Positions 49,081 through 61,297 of a stretch of 64,000 bases of DNA are shown piece by piece (positions within the stretch are counted from its first letter, which is position 1; every line of letters starts with the position of its first letter). The notes below the pieces were generated by a model. It did no database searches, was not told the DNA's origin, and saw only the letters and a program-made list of their open reading frames with translations. The stretch lies in the NCBI RefSeq assembly GCF_003918875.1, contig NW_025766447.1, positions 1,984,001 to 2,048,000 on the forward strand, written 5' to 3'. Source of the DNA: Haliotis rubra (lineage: Eukaryota). The translations under genes and the position numbers were made by a program.

Positions 49081-51889
49081 TTTATCATTCCAGGTATTAG
49101 ATGATCTACACGACCATCTATATGGACAAACTGCGTCTTTCCCACGTGTCAGCTAATTTGTTCTCGGTCTTAGCAAACAAAGACAACTTTGTTGTATAGA
49201 CTAACCTGTACATTTACATCGAGTTCTGTTTCCTATGACTATGCATATGCTCCTGATTGCTTCTGTCTCGTTAAGTAAATAACAAAGTAAGCAAACCTAA
49301 ACAGCTAGTAGATACAGCATGAAACAAATCTGCCGTTTTGCTTAAGTTGTACAAAGGACAAAACTTTTCTCTTTCTTTTTACATGATTTCGTCTCACAGT
49401 ACATTTCCTGGCTGACAGACATTCGAAACTGTCGTGGTTTAAAGAACATAGGTGTCACATCCTAACTATAATGACCGAAAGATTTTGTGTGATATGCTAT
49501 GGAATGTAGTATAATACCGTAATAACGGAGTGTGGTATACTACCTCAATGGTGGAACTTGATTTAATACCGTAATAACGGAGTGTGGTGTATTACCTTAG
49601 TAACGAAATAGCGTATAATACATTAATGAAGGACAATGAAATCCTACCTTAATGACTTGCTCCTCGTCACGGATGTGTGGCTCACTACGCTGAGACCTCT
49701 CCCTCACTGATAGAAACAACCACTGTGTCACTACCTGCTGGCCCAACCGTGCAGCTGACCATCAACACCAGTGTATGGGTACATGCGTCCTATACAGGCA
49801 GCTCAGACTGACCTATGTGGGGACCCTGTAACCTGTCTCCACAGCTTGGAGACCACAGCAACAGAAGTACGTATCTTGTTGATTCAGCTTTTTGTCTTAA
49901 CTAGATAAAGTCCACGTTATTCCCAGTCTGTATGCTGTGTCGCTGACTCTCACCGACATGCAGGGATAAAGCCGCGGTGCCCGCATTCAGACTCAACTGT
50001 GTACACGCAGCCATTGTTCTACCTGCCATTAAAGTGAACCACAGGATGAACGTCAGCACGCCTGTCGCAGTTAGAACAAAAGTACATGGACCCACGCTCT
50101 AAACCTGATATAGCCGATATAAAATTAAAATTGTTTTCTGAAGTGGTCAGCTCCAATCGCCATGTGTGTCAATAGTCTATGTTTAGAGGGGACAGGTGCG
50201 TGTTCGGCACGCGAGGTTGATACTCAGGACGTAAATATATAACAGTACTGCTTGTTTCACTATTTCATCTTGGTGTACTATAATAAGGCCATCTATCAGT
50301 ACAGCAGTGTTGTCACTCCAGCACGTGACTTTAAGTCGGTACTAAGTGGGTAAAAATGTTGGATAATCTCTATTTCCATGTGAGTTTGATTTGATCAGAA
50401 AGTACAAACATATTTAGAAAGGTCATGAATACCTCGGTGGAAAATAGGAATCATCTTTAAATTACCTCTTTTTCATTTTAAGACAAGCGCTTAAACATGA
50501 CTAAGAAGCGTTATATATACATACACACACTGTTTGGTATGATAGTGCATGGGCCAACACGTTTGGTTTAATTAGACAGAATGTCGGATTACACAGAGTC
50601 CACTTCATCTCGAATGAATGGAATATTGTGTTGAAATACCAGCTTAAAAGGTCAACATCTGCTTAGTTTCCATTATCTGTTGTGCAGCGTATCGTTATCA
50701 TAACAAATAATTATGATAAAATATGATAAAAAAACAAATCTGTATTTCTCTCTCTGGACTGATTCTTATCAGTTTTCAGTCCAGGTGTGGGTGGTGCTTC
50801 TGTTTGTTCTATTAAAGTTCAAGGCCAGTCTACATGGCCAGGATGCAGTGTTGAACAAGGTGGAGATGATCTGACATGTGGTTTGGGGCGTTCTGGACAC
50901 GCGGCTAGGGTAGTCATGTTGTTAAATCACTCGTCCCAACAACCAGGGTCAATTCCTCTCTTGGGTGTAGTGTAGTTAACAAATGCGTAAACGTATACCC
51001 ACTCACTCAATTTATCACACGGTTTTGATGCATATATAAGTGCAAAGGAGAATGTACACTCTTTAAACATCGGTTTGACCAAAAAATTACATTATCAAAA
51101 CGTTAATAGGATTAAAAAAATGTCGCCGAAACTGCAAACTTGTCCAAACCACAGCTTTGATACATGTATCAGGTGCATTACAATGGAGAAAACATGCCGT
51201 GTTTGTTTTGTTTTTCACCACCACCAAACGTATGTACACTTTCTTTTGTCCGTCAATATAGTTAGTTACGCCATAGAGATATCACAGTGGACAACAATGT
51301 AGAACCCGGTATGAGTGAGCGCATTGTCAGATGTGCAAAGCCACCACTCACATATGTTATATATCTTTATTATGCTACTTTCAATATTTAGGCCCCTGGC
51401 AACAAAACATGATTACTTTTATGAAGCATATACTCTGACCAGAGATACATACAACAGTAGTGAGGGAATCATACTCCGGGGAAAGTGGACTACTGTGGAC
51501 TGACTTTGAACCTCAGTGACATATTCACCCACACACGATCATTATTTGTCTTTGCTCGAAACAGTGTTCGCCGAGCTGCACCTTTACAGCCTGTAAGTCG
51601 ATGAATGGTTTGAAAAATCAACCATGTTTTGTAACAATTTCCCGGAGCCCGCTGTGTCGACATATCCCTTTGACACCTCCATAACCCACTGTGAAACGAC
51701 ATGTCAAACCAACCTGCCATGTGTGGTCTGCTGTGATCTAAAAACGCTGAAGTCACGGCACCGATGTGGGCAGGGAAACTTGTTAACGGGGCACGTATTT
51801 CACGGGTAACAGTTGGCTGTACCACGTGTCTGTGTCTTGGCATGCAGTGTGAATATCGTTAAACACACCATGCGTGTGTCCCAAACATG

Positions 51890-53070
51890 CACATCACACA
51901 GTCTATGACAACATGTATCATAGGGTCGATACCAACATATATCACATGGTCGTTGCCAAAATATATCAAACAGTCGTTGTCAACATATATCACAAAAACA
52001 ATGCCAACATACATCACACGGTTGTTGTCAACATACATCACACAATCGATGACAACGTATATCTCACGGTCGTTGCCAACATACATCACACAATCGATGA
52101 CAACATATATCACACAATCGACGACAACATACATCACACAATCGATGACAACATATGCCCACAATCGATGACAACATACATCACACAATCACAACATACA
52201 TCACACAATCGATGACAACATACATCACACAATCGATGACAACATACATCACACAATCAATGACAACATACATCACACAATCAATGACAACATACATCAC
52301 ACAATCAATGACAACATACATCACACAATCAATGACAACATACATCACACAATCAATGACAACATACATCACACAATCAATGACAACATACATCACACAA
52401 TCGATGACAACATACATCACACAATCGATGACAACATACATCACACAATCGATGACAACATACATCACACAATCGATGACAACATACATCACACAATCGA
52501 TGACAACATACATCACACAATCAATCAATGACAACATACATCACACAATCAATGACAACATACATCACACAATCGATGACAACATACATCACACAATCGA
52601 TGACAACATACATCACACAGTCGATGACAACATACATCACACAATCGATGACAACATACATCACACAATCGATGACAACATACATCACACAATCGATGAC
52701 AACATACATCACACAATCGATGACAACATACATCACACAATCGATGACAACATACATCACACAATCGATGACAACATACATCACACAATCGATGACAACA
52801 TATATCACACAATCGATGACAACATACATCACACAATCGATGACAACATACATCACACAATCGATGATGACATACATCACACAATCACAAAACATAATGA
52901 CAACAACATACATCACAACATACAACAATCGATGACAACATACATCACACAATCGATGCCAACATATATCACACAATCGATGACAACATATATCACACAA
53001 TCGATGACAACATACATCACACAATCGATGACAACATACATCACACAATCAATGACAACATACATCACAA
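51890..53070. repeat. Minisatellite, 24-bp unit (ACAACATACATCACACAATCGATG), ~49 copies
   Basis: 8-codon periodicity; units degenerate at the left edge. Confidence 0.95.
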
Positions 53071-53540
53071 GGTCATTGTGAACAACTGCTGTATTACGGG
53101 GACTTAAAACTTATTTATACGCACAAACCAGTTGAAATCTTTTTCTATTTTGTTAAAAAAATAAACAACTAAATGATATTCGAGAGACACCCCCTGTACC
53201 AGTATTGATCAGACGAGGCCTCGTGTTTAATAAATAACAACACACATATTATACAATAATAATAATAATAAAGTGTAGAAATTTGCGTATCACAGGAAAC
53301 GTCTCAGTTGGACACATATATACGTTCGTAATACTGAACGTCTGAAACGAAAGTTTTGGCATTATAATACTAATGATCAAATCCGAAAATAGGCATGCCG
53401 TGTGCGTTGGTGTAAGACGTCGCCGCAGTCTTTCTTCCATGCTATACAGAAGGATCTGAAGTAACGCAAAACACAGACATGAGAATCTCTGTGGCAACAA
53501 ACTTAATGATTTCAGGCGCTGTCACCGTATTCAGACATAC

Positions 53541-53554
53541 GTTACCATGGCAAC
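53541..53554. promoter_or_regulatory. Consensus RFX X-box GTTACCATGGCAAC
   Basis: Matches the GTTNCCATGGNAAC consensus. Function unproven. Confidence 0.45.
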
Positions 53555-53755
53555 GGTAAGACTACAGTCACCTACATTGAGCAGCCCACCGTCAGTACAA
53601 TGCACCACAAAGGACAGGGCGCTGGAGATTTTGTTTGAACATTGATTAGGCTTGACAGAATATAACATGGTCCTATGTCATTGGATAACAACTATTAGCG
53701 GTGACTGCCCATGCATGGATACAGAAACTTCAGAAACACCTCACATTTGAGGGTT

Positions 53756-56700
53756 TCACTTCTTCTTCTTTTTCTTCTTTCCTCCTTTCTTCCCTGATTT
53801 TTTTCCGCCCTTTTTGCTACCAGATTTTTTAGAGTCTTTTCCTCCCTTTTTAGAAGGACTTTTGCTGCGACTCTTATCAGCTGCACTCCCTCTCCCCTTC
53901 CCCTTCTCCCCAGTCTCCTCCTGGGGGGGTCGGGGCACGTACTCCACACGCACGCCTTGGCATCTTTTCTGAACAAACATCATTAGGATATACATAACAT
54001 GGAACTTTAAGAATAACACTTTACTCCCCTCACAAAGTAACACTTTACTCCCCTCACAAAGTAACACTTTACTCCCCTCACATAGTAACACTTTATTCTG
54101 CTCACATAGTAACACTTTACTCCGCTCTCATAGTAACACTTTACTCAGCTCACATAGTAACACTTTACTCCGCTCTCATAGTAACACTTTACTCCGCTCA
54201 CATAGTAACACTTTACTCTCTCACACAGTAACACTTTACTCCGCTCTCATAGTAACACTTTACTCCACTCACATAGTAACACTTTACTCCGCTCACATAG
54301 TAACACTTTACTCCGTAACACTTTTAACTCAACTCCTCATAGTAACACTTTACTCCGCTCACATAGTAACACTTTACTCCCTCTCACAAAGTAACACTTT
54401 TACTCCCTCACATAGTAACACTTTACTCCCTCACATAGTAACACTTTTACTTCCTCACATAGTAACACTTTACTCCGCTCACATAGTAACACTTTACTCC
54501 GCTCTCATAGTAACACTTTACTCAGCTCACATAGTAACACTTTACTCCGCTCTCATAGTAACACTTTACTCCGCTCACATAGTAACACTTTACTCCCTCA
54601 CACAGTAACACTTTACTCCGCTCTCATAGTAACACTTTACTCCACTCACATAGTAACACTTTACTCCGCTCACAAAGTAACACTTTACTCCCCTCACAAA
54701 GTAACACTTTACTCCCCTCACATAGTAACACTTTACTCCCTCACACAGTGACACTTTACTCCCCACACATAGTAACACTTTACCCCCCTCACATAGTAAC
54801 ACTTTACTCCACACACATAGTAACACTTTACTTCCCACACATAGTAACACTTTACTCCATCACATAGTAACATTTTACTCCGCTCACATAGTAACACTTT
54901 ACTCTGCTCTCACAGTAACACTTTACTCCCCTAACATAGTAACACTTTACACCCTCACACAGTAAGACTTTACTCCCCCCACATAGTAACACGTTACTCC
55001 CCTCATATAGTGACACTTTACTCCCCACACATAGTAACACTTTACACCGCTCACATAGTAACACTTTACTCCGCTCACATAGTAACACTTTACTCTGCCC
55101 TCACAGTAACACTTTACTCCGCTCACATAGTAACACTTTACTCCCCATAAAGTGACACTTTACTCCCCCACATAGTAACACTTTACTCCCCTCATATAGT
55201 GACACTTTACTCCCCTCACATAGTGACACTTTACTCCCCCACATAGTAACACTTTACTCCCCACATAGTAACACTTTACTCCCCCACATAGTAACACGTT
55301 ACTCCCCTCATATAGTAACACTTTACTCCCCTCATATAGTGACACTTTGCTCCCCCCACATAGTAACACTTTACTCCCCCCACATAGTAACACTTTACTC
55401 CCCTCATATAGTGACACTTTACTCCCCCCACATAGTAACACTTTACTCCCCCCACATAGTAACACTTTACTCCCCTCATATAGTGACACTTTACTCCCCC
55501 CACATAGTAACACTTTACTCCCCTCATATAGTGACACTTTACTCCCCACACATAGTAACACTTTACTCTCTGATATAGTGACATTTATATTCTTCTCACA
55601 TAGTAACACTTATGCTCCCCTCACCTGGTTGCACCTGCGACACTTGCCCGGCTCGAACATCTCCCCATAGAAGTCCCCTCGCAGACATTCCTTGCAGAAG
55701 CGGGTTCCACACCATTTACACTGGTAGGTCTGCCACACAACAAACGAGCAATAAAAAAACTTACAATATATTCAGAAATGCTGGAATTCAAGAACAAAGT
55801 AAAATCGTACTGTAAAAATTCTTAATTTAGTTCGTTCAGCCAAAATATCCTTCGCGAAGTTTATTGATAACGGCGAAGTGTTACTGAGAACTACAGTGCG
55901 TCATAGGAATAAAGGAATGTGGCCACCTCGAACTGTTCATTGTTTAAAGTTTTTGTGTATTATGAAAGCTGGGGTAGCGTTCACATGAACTGATCGATGT
56001 AATCGATAAACTCGGGTTGTTCGTCACGCAGAGCCTGAGGGTGTGGGTTGGTGGTATGGCCTATATCTATGCTGCGACCATTTACACCAGGAACTTACTG
56101 CCAGGAGTGAGTGAGTTAGTGCGTGAATGCGTTAATGATTAAGTCATATACTGTCAAGTATGCGAGTCGCGAGTGAATGAGATATATTGCCAGTTAGTGA
56201 GTGAGTGAGTGAGGGAGGCAGTGAGTGAGAGATATTGCCAGTTAGTGATTGAGTGAGGGAGGGGGGGCAGTGAGTGAGATATATTGCAAGTTAGTTAGTG
56301 AGTGAGTGAGGGAGGGAGGCAGTGAGTGAGATATTGCCAGTTAGTGAGTGAGGGAGGGAGGCAGTGAGTGAGATATATTGCCAGTTAGTGAGTGAGGGAG
56401 GGAGGGAGGCAGTGAGTGAGAGATATTGCCAGTTAGTGAGTGAGGGAGGGAGGGAGGCAGTGAGAGAGATATTGCCAGTTAGTGAGGGAGTGAGTGAGGG
56501 AGGGAGGCAGTGAGAGAGATATTGCCAGTTAGTGAGTGAGTGAGGGAGGGAGGAAGGCAGTGAGTGAGAGATATTGCCAGTTAGTGAGTGAGGGAGGGAG
56601 GCAGTGAGTGAGAGATATTGCCAGTTAGTTAGTGAGTGAGTGAGGGAGGGAGGCAGTGAGTGAGAGATATTGCCAGTGAGTGAGTGAGTGAGGGAGGCAG

Positions 56701-57970
56701 TGAGTGAGAGATATTGCCAGTTAGTAAGTGAGTGAGGGAGGCAGTGAGTGAGAGATATTGCCAGTTAGTGAGTGAGGGAGGGAGGCAGTGAGTGAGAGAT
56801 ATTGCCAGTTAGTTAGTGAGTGGGTGAGGGAGGGAGGCAGTGAGTGAGAGATATTGCCAGTTAGTGAGTGAGTGAGGGAGGGAGGCAGTGAGTGAGATAT
56901 ATTGCCAGTTAGTGAGTGAGTGAGGGAGGGAGGCAGTGAGTGAGAGATATTGCCAGTTAGTGAGTGAGTGAGGGAGGGAGGCAGTGAGTGAGAGATATTG
57001 CCAGGTGTATGTGCTGTGAGTGAGGAAGGATATAACGCCAGGACCGACGAGTCAGGGAGGTACATATTATCAAGTGTGGGTGTGTTATGCGTGTGTGTTT
57101 GTATTTTCCAAGAGAATTAGTGTTATATAAGTGTTAATAAAGATAAACTGACAGAAGGGAGCGAGTGAATGCGTGATTGGTATATTTCCAGAAGTGAGTG
57201 GGAACAATGACAGTGGGATAACATGCTTGTTTCTTATGACCCTTTATCTCTCAGCCAAATAAAGCATGTCTTCATACATGTAGCTATACCTTACCACAGG
57301 TCCACTATAGGCAAGTATTAAGGGAAAGGCACAACCAGTAGCGTACAATGCATGGGCGGATCCAGGAATTTTTAAAGGAGGGGGTTCAGGGGGGTCGAAC
57401 ACCCAACCACCCCTCCCCCTCCCCCATTGGCTCCGCCAACGCAAAAAAGAAATCTTCAATGTAATCTTAAGTCATTTTCAGGGGTGGGTGGGTGTCGAAC
57501 CCCCTGAACCCCCCCTCTGGATCCGCCACTGCAATGGTATCGATGTCAGTTTAATAGTTTACTTGTCAGCAATATAGATCCTGGTCATGACATGGTCAAT
57601 TGCAGCTGATCGACAGTTCGATTGCTGGTTACACCCCTCTTTCGCACACCTCCCTAAATTAGCCATACACCGGGGCACGCTAAACTGTCCTTGTGTCAAA
57701 GTACGGTATCGTATATAACAGTCATCAACTCAACTACTTTAGATGTTTTGTTACTGTAAAATATATGTAATACAAGTCTTGGTCAAACAGCACTGTGCTA
57801 GGAGATGCCTTGCGTGCAGAGTCTCATCGTCCTGGCAATCAGTGCCGGAGTGTGACCCGTCAGTGACGGGTGACTGGCGATAGTGTGATAACACGATTAT
57901 AACACATGGGTATATCCGCCATAATCGGCTGACTCACCGTGCTCGTCGTCGTACATCCCCACCGACACAT
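53756..57970 (-). CDS. Small Cys-rich zinc-finger-like protein with Lys/Gly/Ser-rich basic tail (~121 aa; exons 57970-57938, 57304-57290, 55729-55625, 53968-53756)
   Basis: MCRWGCTTTST|WTCGK|TYQCKWCGTRFCKECLRGDFYGEMFEPGKCRRCNQ|KRCQGVRVEYVPRPPQEETGEKGKG...SRSKSPSKKGGKDSKKSGSKKGGKKSGKKGGKKKKKKK*. All introns are phase-0 GT-AG. The last two exons are strong, the first two tentative; a further upstream exon may lie near 59220-59260. Confidence 0.7.
54015..55624. repeat. Minisatellite, 24-bp unit filling nearly an entire intron, ~66 copies
   Basis: Minus-strand unit GTGAGGGGAGTAAAGTGTTACTAT. The first unit begins at the donor GT (55624). Confidence 0.95.
56180..57004. repeat. Purine-rich minisatellite, ~45-49-bp unit containing (GTGA)n/(GGGA)n
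   Basis: GAGATATTGCCAGTTAGTGAGTGAGTGAGGGAGGGAGGCAGTGAGTGA repeated about 17 times. Confidence 0.9.
57351..57531. mobile_element. MITE with GGCGGATCCAG terminal inverted repeats and 5-bp TSD (CAATG), hAT-like
   Basis: CATGGGCGGATCCAG ... CTGGATCCGCCACTG, with CAATG at 57346-57350 and 57532-57536. Confidence 0.75.
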
Positions 57971-58444
57971 CCTCAACGCTGTTGTTGCCTTGCCGTTCTA
58001 CTGCCGTATTATGACATATTTCACCATCATGTCGAATCAGTGTTCCTTTCACCCCGACATGACTTGAACTGTATTGATCCAATATGGCGTCCCAGCGTCG
58101 GGCGTTGCTAAGGGGTGACAAAGCGCGTGTTGACAGAAAAGCTCTCGGTACAATATGAGTGGCAGTCACGACTAAAGCCGGGTTATGACTTCTAATAGTC
58201 TGCCTGTCATGCTGGAGTGTGTGTATGTGTAATGATAGAGAGAGAATTTGATAACAATGTGTTCTATGATTCACGTGTACTGAATGGCTATATACACCTG
58301 GGGGCCCAACGCGCCCCTTTCACTTGTAAGTCAGTATTCACACAGCGACCTCTGTTGTTATATCTAAACTCTACTAAGATTAGTTTGTTAGGCGAGAACT
58401 AGAATGTTTGATGACACAAGAACGGCTACTGAAACTCCGTTATT

Positions 58445-58680
58445 AAGTGTTTTGTTTGTTTATTGATTACAGCAGCACTCTCCAATATTCCAGCTATATG
58501 GCGGCGGTCTGGAAATAATCGAGTCTGTACCACACAATTCAGTGGTCAACATCATGAGCATCGATCTACGCAACTGTCATACGATGACATGTGTCAACCA
58601 AGTCAGCGATCCTGACCACCCTAGCCCGTTAGTCGCCTCTTACGACAGGCAAGGGTTGGTCAAGATCAGTTCTAACCCAG
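58445..58680 (-). mobile_element. SINE-like family A copy (minus strand); a degenerate plus-strand copy follows at 58724-58920
   Basis: Reverse complement of the family A consensus (CCGTTAGTCGCCTCTTACGACA...; AATATTCCAGCTATATGGCGGCGGTCTG). Confidence 0.8.
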
Positions 58681-60321
58681 AGTTACAAAAACATATTAAG
58701 GCAGTGTCACAGGTTTATCAGAGACCCGTGAAGATCCCGGTTAGAATATGTCCTCAGGAACCCCTGCATGTCGTAAGACTAACGGGATCGGGTGATCAGA
58801 CTGTCTTTGCTGAGGCATGATATCGTATTTACAATTGTGTAAACCAGTCATTGAATTATCTAATCCAGACTCCGTTATTCACATACATCCGTCAGTAGCT
58901 GGAATATTCCCGAGTGTAATACATCACTAACAATCTCAGTCGACTGTGTTTTATATTGTTGGCGCATAACATGCATGTGCGAGTCAACACAATCAGGATT
59001 TACTTGATATCCACGTACACCACTGTAGAGGATAGCTGCGTTGTTTTAACATTACGTGCACAATGATTGTGACTTGCAAATCACTTTTCATTGGTTTTAT
59101 TTTTCAAAATAGCCCAAAGCACCAGGTGAGTATTTTCTTTTGTATACGTCATGCAGTTTATATATATGACGTCATGCATGATAAGTTACGATGACGACAA
59201 AGATAATGAAATACCTTACACCTGTTGCTGGGCTCATAAGCTGAGCGCTTTCTGTAGATGTGGTTGCTTGGAAAAGTTGGATCACTAACACTCATGTTCT
59301 ACTTATAAACCCAGTGGTTTGACAGGTGTCGGAAATGCGATTTACGAGTATGTCAAAGAAATATAAAGCACCGTATTTTCAAAGAAAGAAATAGCTACCT
59401 AATGTTACAATCACAGCCATCGATCATCTCAAGGTCATCAAGTTCTTAGTTTGTTTAACAAGGGAGATATTGCTTAGGAGATGTAACTTCTTTATAACAC
59501 AAGAATACGACGTTTCAGAGACAAGTGCTTGAGTACGGCGTCAGTCTCTACACCGAAACGTCGCATTCTTTGTAAAAAATATTTGCTGATCTATAGAACT
59601 GTCTTCCTTGTTCATATTTCTTCCTTGTTCATAGTACCAACCTTTTATGGAAATGGTAAACATAAATGGTGAACAGGACCATATATAATGACTGCGAGAA
59701 GTAAGTAAGATCATTTTGAACACTGCTTTATATCTTTCGACATTAAATGTGTTCACCTGCGCTTGAAAATGTAGAAATATAATTAGTCCTCATCTCCTCC
59801 CTTCACTTGAATCAATCTGACTGATATTTCTTTGGTCGCAACCAGTAATTACGCACTCAGTAGATGAACAGTGTACATTAATCCTATTTTGTGACACATT
59901 TTATGAGTAATACCATAAACCATGTGCTTACGGCACACCATTAATCAGTGATCCAGAACTCCTAATCCCCCAGCTGGTCATGTTGCTACGGTCAAACATT
60001 AAACCCGCTCACAGACTGGCAAGATTGTTAGCCCCGGTTATCGTGAGTTTCATTGTCTTGCTATATGATTCATAAAAGTGAAAAAGTATATATGATGAAA
60101 GAATCGACTGGAACAAATAATCAGATGTAAAACATACATGTATATTTTTATTTCAGCATGACAAACTTGACAACTGCATACAGTAACAATCTTAGTGTAT
60201 TTCATTACCGGATTCGTCTTCCGCGGGACTGGATCTATCTATAAACATATATGGCGGTGCGGATGATGAACGGCACACTGTATACCAGAGTTCGGTTTCC
60301 ACCCATCTCTACAGATGATCA

Positions 60322-60486
60322 TGAGTGAGTGAATAAAGTTTCACGCCGCTTTTAGCAATATTTCCGCAATATCACGGCGGGGGACACCAGAAATGAGCTC
60401 CACACATTGTATCCATGTGGGGAATCGAACCCGGGCCTTCGGCGTGACGAACGAACGCTTTAACCACTCGTCTACCCATCCGCCCC
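60322..60486 (-). mobile_element. tRNA-derived SINE family B copy (minus strand)
   Basis: Reverse complement reads GGGGCGGATGGGTAG...GTGGTTAAAGCGTTCGTTCGTCACGCCGAAGGCCCGGGTTCGATTCCCC...GCGGCGTGAAAC...CACTCACTCA. Confidence 0.85.
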
Positions 60487-61297
60487 AGAGGATTATGAAG
60501 TCTTTCACGTAATGAATGAAGTTCGGTAATGAAAGGATGGCATAGTTTGGGTCTGACATCAGTCGATGGTGAACGGGTATTTTGTGGGTATTCTCTGATT
60601 ATTTGTTTTAAAAACTCGAGAAACATCAACTTTGTTTATCGGTCTGTTGATTCACATCGACTGCTACCAATAAGTTATTCACATTCCACTGTGACGAAAA
60701 AGAATCTATTTATTCAATTTTAAGAAGGTATATCTTATGTCAATCAGTTATACTACACAGACCATATATGCAATGTATCCATGGGGACAGCAGCAAGTTC
60801 CAGAAATGTATGGCTAAGAGACCAATTAACTCTACCTTTAATAACACAAAAAGAGCAATTATTGAAGTATCAACGAAAAGGACGCCGTGCACACAAGAGG
60901 AAAGATTTACGCTGCCACTTTCGGTTCAAACTTCACATTACATTACGTAAAAGGGTATTATGACGTATTTTTAAAGTTTGTGATGCTGTATTCTAAAGGT
61001 AGGCCCGAATATGTTTGCCCGGTTAACTTTGCAAACGTTTCATTCTGTTGCTGTAACTTAGTGAAAGAGGCGGAGAGAGTTGAGATTAGCTGAAATGACT
61101 GAACATACATCGCAAGTCGAAAAAAGACGTCACAATGAAACTGACGTCATAAAGGCCGTCTCAAGGCAACATGACGTCACATGTCAAAGCAAGTCACGTT
61201 GTTATTTCAACTGAAAGATTTCCATTATTGATAGAGATGCCTACCAAGGATTTATATTTTGAATGAAAAATGGCTTTTATCATAAATACCGCTTTGA

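Noticed and set aside
47721-53081. Long repetitive ORFs (MYITITNMYVTHL; MTTYITQS; CDVCCHRL)
   Set aside because: Translations of 39-bp and 24-bp minisatellites whose unit lengths are multiples of three.
57563-57666. Alternative first exon MANLGRCAKEGC... joined via a 10-nt version of the microexon
   Set aside because: Frame-compatible, but its donor is weaker (AA|GTAAAC). The 57970-57938 exon has a consensus CG|GTGAGT donor and gives a better Cys pattern. Not excluded without cDNA.
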